A stretch of DNA of 64,000 nt from Macrostomum lignano. Taxonomy: Eukaryota. The stretch lies in assembly GCA_002269645.1 (NCBI GenBank), contig NIVC01000858.1:1-64000 (forward strand), written 5' to 3'. Under the pieces are notes generated by a model, which did not search any database, had not been told where the DNA came from, and saw nothing but the letters and a program-made list of their open reading frames with translations. This document shows, piece after piece, positions 13,619 to 22,500 of this stretch. Position 1 is the first letter of the stretch. Each line of letters opens with the position of its first letter. A program made the translations under genes and the position numbers.

Positions 13619-15436
13619 ATGGCAGCGGACAATTCGACAAAAATCCCAACTCTTCTGAGCCAGGTTCTTGAGTGCATTAAGTCATCTAAGGGCGATGCCT
13701 TAGTTACAGGCTTAAAAGAAGTTAATCAGTTTTTTAGCACCGTGAATGAGTATGCCTTTAGACAGATGGGGGCTCAAATGGCCCAAGCTAGTAGTGAAGA
13801 CACCTCAGCGACAGCTGCTGAGAAGCCTGAAACCACCGCCCCTGACGCTAAGAGTCAATCACAGCAACAGTCATCTAGTGATTCGTCCTCTAAGCAGCCA
13901 GTAGCAAAGCAGGCCGAGCAAAGTTCATCCACCGCCCAGGGGACCCCAGCTTCGAAAGACGCAGCTAATGGCGTAAGCAAGTCTGGGGACTCTAGCGTTG
14001 AAGAGCTTGGTCTCCCGAAGCCCAGAGATGGTCACGTGGCTGTTTGCAGTACCTCCATCATGATAAAGCAGATACCAAAGTTTTGGAGCGAAAAGAAGGT
14101 GAAGGAGAGAGCAGAAGAATTTGGCACAGTGACCCGCATCGACTATAAGGCGTTCTTAAACACAGCAGCAGTAACATTTAAGAGCCGATCTGAAGCATTC
14201 AAGGCTATTTCTGGCGTTCCAAAAACTCGACCATTGTCAGTTTCTTGGGAACTGAATTCTGGCATTGCCAACTCTTACTTCAAAAAGTACTGGGATGCGA
14301 ACGATGGCGCCACTTTCATTCCTATCAGCATGTTCCCCTGGATGAAGCAGAAGGACTTGCTGCTTGGCGGGGCGCTGCTATTAGGCAAAGGGCAGCAACC
14401 TGCAGCTAGCAACGCAGCTAATGCTGACGCATCTAGCTCAGCAACGGCTGGCAGCAAAGCGGCCCAGTCTGGCTCTGCAGCCGCACCCAGCTCGGCTAGC
14501 AAAGCTAGTCCAGCAAACAAGAATGCCCCTGTCTCTAAGAGTGCTTCAACCACTCCTACGCAAAGGAATGTTGCTGGTAGTCCAGCCGGTAGTTTCTCCG
14601 GTAACAAGGCTTCTGGCAATGTGCAAAATTCCAAACAGAGCACTAGCTCATCTTTTGGATCGGGATCGAATCAGAAATCAGTTGGTCCGTCAGCAAGAGG
14701 CTCTGCTAGGCATGGAAATCGGTCGCAAGGAGACATTCCGAGCTTGTTTGCTAGCGACTTCACTAAACCGACTCAGCCTCAGTCAAGCACGCCTGCTCAG
14801 TCAGCTGGTCCTCGCTTTGCAACTCCCAGCAATCCTCCGCAGCAGTCCATGCCTCAAGCTGGCCAGCAGCAAAAGCAGGTTCGTCCATACGGTTCGACGC
14901 CATCCATTGGTATTGCTGGATCTGCTCAGCAGCTAAGCAACCCTTTTGCGTCACCAGCCTCAAGAGCGCCTGCTCCAGGTTTTTCAAATATTGGCCAGCA
15001 GCATTCAACTTTTCCGCGTCAGTCACGAAACGTACCTGACGTTCAACTACAGCAGCAGCAACAGCAGAACGCTGCTTTTGGGAAAAGGAATTCCTTAGAT
15101 TCGAACAGCGCCCATGGTGGCGAAATAAAACGACCGCGCATGGATGAACCCATGCAACCTGTGGGCCGCGGCTACGTTCCCGGGCGCAATGCTTCGTTTG
15201 AATCCGGCAGCGCTGATAGGTCCGACATGAGCAGAGGTCCGGAGTACTCACAGCAGACTGGCCGCTCTGCTCCCGGGCCGCAATTTGGCCAGCCCTACGC
15301 CAATCCAGCGCCAGCCGGCCCAGGCATCAGACCCTTTGGAACTCCTAGGCCTGTAAGCAACCAGGGCCTGCTGCAGCCTCCGGCGAATTCCAGATTTGGA
15401 CAGTCGGCACCTCCACCTCGTCCTTTTCGGTTTTAA
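13619..15436 (+). CDS. SCAF4/SCAF8-like RRM protein, 605 aa in one uninterrupted ORF; no CID domain in this ORF
   Basis: Long open frame. The segment VCSTSIMIKQIPK..EEFG..AFKAI..SWELNSGIANSYFKKYWDANDGATFIP resembles the SCAF4/8 RRM and its extension as recalled (VCSTTLWVGQV..EEFG..AWALNKG..FWDVDLGVTYIP). The rest is S/Q/P/G low-complexity. A pyrimidine tract and AG acceptor (tttatttcag|ccc) sit 3 nt before the ATG. Confidence 0.8.
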   Translation: MAADNSTKIPTLLSQVLECIKSSKGDALVTGLKEVNQFFSTVNEYAFRQMGAQMAQASSEDTSATAAEKPETTAPDAKSQSQQQSSSDSSSKQPVAKQAEQSSSTAQGTPASKDAANGVSKSGDSSVEELGLPKPRDGHVAVCSTSIMIKQIPKFWSEKKVKERAEEFGTVTRIDYKAFLNTAAVTFKSRSEAFKAISGVPKTRPLSVSWELNSGIANSYFKKYWDANDGATFIPISMFPWMKQKDLLLGGALLLGKGQQPAASNAANADASSSATAGSKAAQSGSAAAPSSASKASPANKNAPVSKSASTTPTQRNVAGSPAGSFSGNKASGNVQNSKQSTSSSFGSGSNQKSVGPSARGSARHGNRSQGDIPSLFASDFTKPTQPQSSTPAQSAGPRFATPSNPPQQSMPQAGQQQKQVRPYGSTPSIGIAGSAQQLSNPFASPASRAPAPGFSNIGQQHSTFPRQSRNVPDVQLQQQQQQNAAFGKRNSLDSNSAHGGEIKRPRMDEPMQPVGRGYVPGRNASFESGSADRSDMSRGPEYSQQTGRSAPGPQFGQPYANPAPAGPGIRPFGTPRPVSNQGLLQPPANSRFGQSAPPPRPFRF

Positions 15437-17574
15437 GGGGCAAGCGTACCGGTAGTTGTGACAGCTTTGTCTGCAAACTCGCATTATGAAATGCTATTTA
15501 TCATTTTCATGCAGCAAATATTCGCTTTTTAACTTATGCCCCCCATAAGCTCTTGTTAATTAGGTCCCATCAGTTAGGGTTAAACTCAGATTAAATTGTA
15601 AAAACGGATTGGTGTATGTCCTACAAGCAGGATTGTAGCTTTTTGGTTTGTCTTTTTAACTAACTATTAGATTCGGACGCAGTAGGCCATGAGGATCAAG
15701 TTATTATAATCTTTATAAAATTTTGCAATTAGTTTAATAGCTTTTAGATAATCTTTGCTTAATCTCCCCCTTTGCATACCAGTGATTTGAATTGAAATAC
15801 TGCCCATATATTACTCTAATTTCTATTGTTTGTTTCCTAAGCCTTCTGTCATCGCAGTCGTACAAATACTGTGTGCAAATTTAGTAACCCTTATTATTAG
15901 TTCAACGTCCCTGTTGCTTTTCTGTACTTATTGTTCAGTCGAATCCTTAATTTGTGAAATTAAATTTGCAGAAATGCTGCATGTTCGAACTGACTCACCT
16001 GTTTTTTGTTGGCTTTATGCTTATATCATACTGTTTCTACTCGTATATATAGTGTACTAATAATTATCGCCCTGGCCCATTAGTCCTGCCTAAATGTTCT
16101 GTTTTAAACTATTTGTCTTGAAAAGTTCAATAACTAATTTGTACTCGAAATACAAGCGACCCCAATGTTGTTAATAACGATTCTGGGCGATTTGAGCGAA
16201 CTCTGCGTTATTGATTGTCCTTTATCCATAAAGTTTAAGGTGCATAGTTGGCGGGTAAAACGATAATGCTGAGGATTCTCAAAGTTTATCCTTAGTTTTA
16301 TTTTTATTTGTCCTTAAAGTCCGATTTCATTCCTTACCACAGCGCAGCGCACATTATGCTGACGCATTTGGGCTTACTTACTGGGCTTCGACTGCTTAGT
16401 CGTTTGACTTTTTTAATGGTTTTGGGTCAAGGTCTGAGAATTTTATAGGCTCAGAGCTCGGGTTCTGTTGCTTTAGTAAAAAGGCTTGTCTAGAGCCAAT
16501 GCTTAAAGTTATTTTCTATTTCTATCACGGGTCCCTGTTTTGCTATTTAGATGACTTCGTATTAACACAAAGTGGCTGGCATCCTGATACTTGCATTATC
16601 CCTTATACTTTTGTAATCGCGGTGCCACTGAGGAGTGCAAAGCGGGCACCCCTGCCGCAGAGCAGTTATGTCTGGTGCCGTGCAGGGGCGCGCCTTAAAC
16701 TGGGTAAGGCAGGGAACTTGTACAGGGGGTCGCAGACCTAGAGAGAGCAAGAGTTTCAGAGGCTATTGGGTCTCTTCGTGATGACAAAAGACTTGAAAGT
16801 ATTCTTAAAGTCACCGTTTAGGTCCTAAATTGGCGTGCGTCCTTAACGAAGCACCCGAAGTGCTGAGGGAAATCAAAATATTGGGAACTTCTTTGCATTG
16901 ATAGTTATTGGAGGACTGTCCAACGGTCTCACAGTAAAAGACTGCTTCGGCAATACTTGTCTGCTGTAAGTTTTGATTCAGTGTATTTTTGTCCATTAGT
17001 ATCAGCCAGAGCGTAGCCACATGGGTCACTAGCGATGTGTAGCAAACGATCATCTCAGCCCTAATGTCATAAAAATTTAGAATGTAGGCAACCCTATGTA
17101 CAGTTTTGACTACCGCTCACTGTCGGCAAGTCTGGACCAACAGGCTTGATTCTGTCGCTATGCGCACAACGAATTTCAATCATGGCGAGCTGTCGGGTAA
17201 GAAAGTTTGATCAATGCTTTGCTGTGCTAGTTCACAGGAATGTCAGTTGACTTTGCTGTTACACGCTGTCAAAAATAAGCCTGGTAAATACTCTTGGTAT
17301 CAATTGATATAATTAAGGATATAATCTTGTGTTCTCGTGTGGATGATTGCATCTGCTTTTCCCCAGTTGTCAGATGTCGCAAAATTCCTCACCACCCCGG
17401 TGCTTTTAAACTGATTTTTGCCTTCTCAGTTAGTAGTTTTGACTTGGCTTAGTTAGCTTTGAACAAGCCGCTTGTTAAAGCCGTCCATCTGCAGCAGATA
17501 ATATTTTTTATGTGATCCGTCGCTGCATGTGTCACTTTACTCGGGATTAAAGTTGTCAATGTGTAAATTAGTGG

Positions 17575-18990
17575 ATTTCTCACTCGGCAATCCGTCATTT
17601 AGAAAAGCTGTCACTCTAATCAGCCCCTAAAGTTGTCACTCGGCAATACGTCACTTGGGAAAGCTGTCACTCTAATCAGCCCCTAAAGTTGTCACTCGGC
17701 AATCCGTCATTTAGAAAAGCTGTCACTCTAGTCAGCCCCTAAAGTTGTCACTCGGCAATACGTCACTTGGGAAAGCTGTCACTCTAATCAGCCCCTAAAG
17801 TTGTCACTCGGCAATCCGTCATTTAGGAAAGCTGTCACTCTAATCAGCCCCTAAAGTTGTCACTCGGCAATACGTCACTTGGGAAAGCTGTCACTCTAAT
17901 CAGCCCCTAAAGTTGTCACTCGGCAATCCGTCATTTAGGAAAGCTGTCACTCTAATCAGCCCCTAAAGTTGTCACTCGGCAATACGTCACTTGGGAAAGC
18001 TGTCACTCTAATCAGCCCCTAAAGTTGTCACTCGGCAATCCGTCATTTAGGAAAGCTGTCACTCCAATCAGCCCCTAAAGTTGTCACTCGGCAATCCGTC
18101 ATTTAGGAAAGCTGTCACTCTAGTCAGCCCCTAAAGTTGTCACTCGGCAATCCGTCATTTAGGAAAGCTGTCACTCTAGTCAGCCCCTAAAGTTGTCACT
18201 CGGCAATACGTCATTTGGGAAAGCTGTCACTCTAATCAGCCCCTAAAGTTGTCACTCGGCAATCCGTCACTTGGGAAAGCTGTCACTCTAATCAGCCCCT
18301 AAAGTTGTCACTCGGCAATACGTCACTTGGGAAAGCTGTCACTCTAATCAGCCCCTAAAGTTGTCACTCGGCAATCCGTCATTTAGAAAAGCTGTCACTC
18401 TAATCAGCCCCTAAAGTTGTCACTCGGCAATACGTCACTTGGGAAAGCTGTCACTCTAATCAGCCCCTAAAGTTGTCACTCGGCAATCCGTCATTTAGGA
18501 AAGCTGTCACTCCAATCAGCCCCTAAAGTTGTCACTCGGCAATCCGTCACTTGGGAAAGCTGTCACTCCAATCAGCCCCTAAAGTTGTCACTCGGCAATC
18601 CGTCACTTGGGAAAGCTGTCACTCTAGTCAGCCCCTAAAGTTGTCACTCGGCAATCCGTCATTTAGGAAAGCTGTCACTCTAATCAGCCCCTAAAGTTGT
18701 CACTCGGCAATCCGTCATTTAGGAAAGCTGTCACTCTAATCAGCCCCTAAAGTTGTCACCCGGCAATACGTCATTTGGGAAAGCTGTCACTCTAATCAGC
18801 CCCTAAAGTTGTCACTCGGCAATCCGTCATTTAGGAAAGCTGTCACTCTAGTCAGCCCCTAAAGTTGTCACTCGGCAATACGTCACTTGGGAAAGCTGTC
18901 ACTCTAATCAGCCCCTAAAGTTGTCACTCGGCAATCCGTCACTTAGGAAAGCTGTCACTCTAATCAGTCCCTAAAGTTGTCACCCAGCAA
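17575..18990. repeat. 56-bp tandem satellite, ~25 copies, two main variants
   Basis: Unit aaagctgtcactctaatcagcccctaaagttgtcactcggcaat[acgtcacttggg/ccgtcatttagg]; period 56 measured between 17604 and 17660. Confidence 0.96.
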
Positions 18991-19510
18991 GAAAGTTGTC
19001 AGCTACTAGTATGAAAGCTGTCACTCCGCAATCTGCTTTTTAAGTAGGTTGCCTTTCTGCCATCCGTCACTCACGGAAGTAACGGAGCCGTCATCAATAC
19101 AATTCATCGTGAAGAACTGCTAGCATGATGGCCATCTTATATAATCCATTGTGTTTAAGCTTTGGATCGACTCCCAAATTACATTGGCACTTATAAAGCG
19201 GAATCGAGAAGGGCGCTTCCCTCCCCTGCTTAGGGTTAAATGCACAATGCGGCCAAGTATCAAATAGTTTCATATCTGGATATCTCAGTACCACTACCCA
19301 ATTCTATGCTGTTGGTTAGACTACTATATAAATAGCTAAGTTGTCTCATGCTTAGCTAGTATTCAGCACCTTGTGTTTAGAGACTAGCCATCTAGTGAAG
19401 GCTTGAGCATGCACGGAGTTCAGTCACCAAGGCAGCCCCTTCCAAACCCACCGCCACGTTTGCAGTGCAGCCTCGCGGCCTCCGCCATCCAACCAGCCTA
19501 AATCTCCGTC

Positions 19511-22500
19511 ATGTCAATCGCTATGGGATTTCCGCCTACCCCGGCCGGCGGCCAGGGCGGCGGCAGCTTCTCTCCGCTGACCATGTTTGAGTGCACCATC
19601 AGCAGCGCCACCATGCTCATTGACAGCATGGCAGTGCGAGACCTGCTCATGGCGTTCAAGATTGTGGCCCAGCTGCACGGCCACCTGCTGGAGGTGCTGG
19701 ACCCCACTGTGCAGCGGCTGGCTACTGTGGCTGATGAGCACAGCCAGGTAAGCTCAATCCAGTGCAGTGTAGATCACCTGTAAACTGTGCCTTGACCACC
19801 GCCTCGGGATTGGCCCAAGATATACTGACCGTGATCCACCCCTATGGAATCACCCCTACACCACCCCTATGGAATCACCCCTGCACCACCCTTATGGAAT
19901 CGCCCCTGCACTATCCCTATGGAATCGCCCCTGCACCACCCTTATGGAATCGCCCCTGCACCACCCTTATGGAATCGCCCCTGCACCACCCTTATGGAAT
20001 CGCCCCTGCACCACCCCTATGGAATCGCCCCTTTGCTATCCCTATGGAATCGCCCCTGTACCACCCCTATGGAATCACCCCTGCGCCACCCCTTTGGAAT
20101 CGCCCAGGCCCAAACAGCAGGAAACCAGCCCATGGGTTCCCTCGCCATCCCTCGCAGTGCCCGCCGCCCGCCTCGCGATCAACAAGCGGCTCTGGCGGCC
20201 TGGCCGGTGTGGCCGCCGCTGCTGCCGCTGCCGCTGCCGCCGGAGCTCCGGGCACGTCGAAGCTGGGCAAGCCGGAGCCGTCCTTCTCCGGTGTCAAGTC
20301 GGAGCCGGGCGCCGATTCCGACGACGACTGCGTCCTGATGGAGGCGGATCTGGTGTACGACGGCTCCGGTGCTGGCGCCGCTGCCTTCGGCCAGAGCCCG
20401 CCCGCCAAGCTGCCCCGTCTCGGCCCAGGCGGCGGTGGCGGCGGCGGCGGCGGCTCCGACCTGTCCGACTCCGGCGAGCTGTCCAACGACTGGAAGGCCA
20501 CGCTGCGCAAGGCCTACCGAGTGCTGAAGGACGAGACTGGCACCAACGTGTTTGACTTCTCCCTGCCCTACTCCGCCCGCGTCAACGTCCTGGCCGCCAA
20601 CCGCGTGATCGACCGAGCGCTCAGCCTCAGCCAATACCAGCCCGCGAACCTGTCCGCCTGGAGAAGTGGGTCTTTCAAGTCATTTCCTGTCATATTCTGT
20701 GTAGGCTACTGCTAGTAGTACGCTTATATCTGGGAGCGGCGGGTTGGCACACTGTTGGCGGTATATTGCCACCATAAAGAGATTATCTAAATTTGGAATT
20801 AAAATCAAACTATTTGAATAATGCATACTGCAAAAATTAAATGCCTTTATTATTGCACTTGTGCCCAATGATCCATTGATCACTACCTTGGCCTGAAGTG
20901 TGCCTCCCCAGCGGTCTCATTGCATATTAGCATGTGATTGTCTGTGCATTATCGAATTTAATTTCACTATAAAACAGACTACAAAAAAGGGCGTTGCAGG
21001 GCCTGATGAGTTGTGCAAATATTTAAAGTTGGTCCGAAATAAAAAAATGCTGCGATATTGGCTGAGCCGTGCAGCTGCCGCGCTGTGGAGCTTTAAAATA
21101 TAACTATAGTAATAATAATAATCGGCCCCGTTGCAAATCGGGGGGTATCGGGGGCCGCCCCCGCTGCACCAATGCTCTCCTTGTATGACAACCTAATCAA
21201 CTAATTATCATAATTTATTAATGCCTATCCAGCGTCGCCGCTTCCCAAAAACCCTCCGCTAAGCAACGGGGGGATTCTCGCTCAGCTGGCAGGGGAATTC
21301 GCGCTTTGCTGGCAGGGGAATTCTCGCTCAGCTGGCAGGGGAATTCTCGCTTTGCTGGCAGGGGAATTCTCGCTCAGCTGGCAGGGGAATTCGCACTCAT
21401 CACCAGAGACTCGCAGCTGGCCATCCGGCGCTGTTTCAGGCGGCTGCAACCGGTACATGTCCGTGTACTTCGGCTGCACGCTGAAGCCCGGCGTCAAGAA
21501 GCTGCACATGGCCTCGCGCTGGAAGAGGCAATTCCTTTTCAGCTTGGTAAGACCTGCGGCCTGCCGACCTCGTCTCCTGTCCCCTGGCAACGCCCTTTGC
21601 ACCTCAGTCTAGGGTAGAAATTGTGTAGCAGCCCTGCAACACTTCGTGGGGTCGGGCTGCTTTGCAGGGCTCTGCTACAGCTACCTGAGCACCTATTTCT
21701 CTTGGACGCTGAAGCCATCGGCCAAGAAGCTCCTTGAGCAGGCGCAGCTGCAGCAGCGGATGGATCGCTTCAAATACCTGGGCTCAGTAAGGCTTAGCTT
21801 TTGGTGACCAGCACTTGCTCCCAGGCCTGGAATGCCCGCAGCGAATCCCCAGCAATTTCTGTGTCCGCTCCGCAATTCAATTGTTTTTGCACTTCCAGTT
21901 GTAGCCGAAAAATACTTTAAAGTGTACTTTAGCGCTGTGCTCAAACGAGATTATAAAGTGCAGCACCAGCAGCGCATCTGCGACAAAGTGTTCCACCGCG
22001 TCCTGGTAGGTGTGCGCAGCTGATCAGCGCCCAGCACCTGCCCGCTACATTAGCCCGATTGGCGAGTGTTTGAAGATGCACAATTCCATGCATATAATGT
22101 GTATTGTTGCAGAGCGGGCGCTGAGTTACTACTCGGGCTATTTCCGCTGCGTATTGCGGCGCGATTATAGGCAGGATTATCTAAAGAATAGCTTCCATCG
22201 AATCTGGGTACGTGTCTGCGCCCCGTGTAGCCAAACCCTACCGTGTCTGGCTCACAAGATGCATACTCAGCAACAGCTAACCACCCCCCCCCCACTCACG
22301 CTGCCACAAGGGCCAAAAGTTTTGCATTCCATCGGTGATTGAGAAAGTTGAGAAACACGAACCCCATCGAGCATGTCTGGCACTTCGTAAAGCGAAGAGT
22401 TCAGCAGCTGGTGTCTGGCAGAATGTGATAATAGTACATTTGATTCTAGACAGGGCAATAGGGGCTCGGAAAATTCGGCGGGTTTTGTGGATAGGAGGCG

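Noticed and set aside
21000-21103. Phase-1 acceptor followed by PDELCKYLKLVRNKK.., faintly cassette-like
   Set aside because: Runs into a stop with no donor and the motif spacing does not match.
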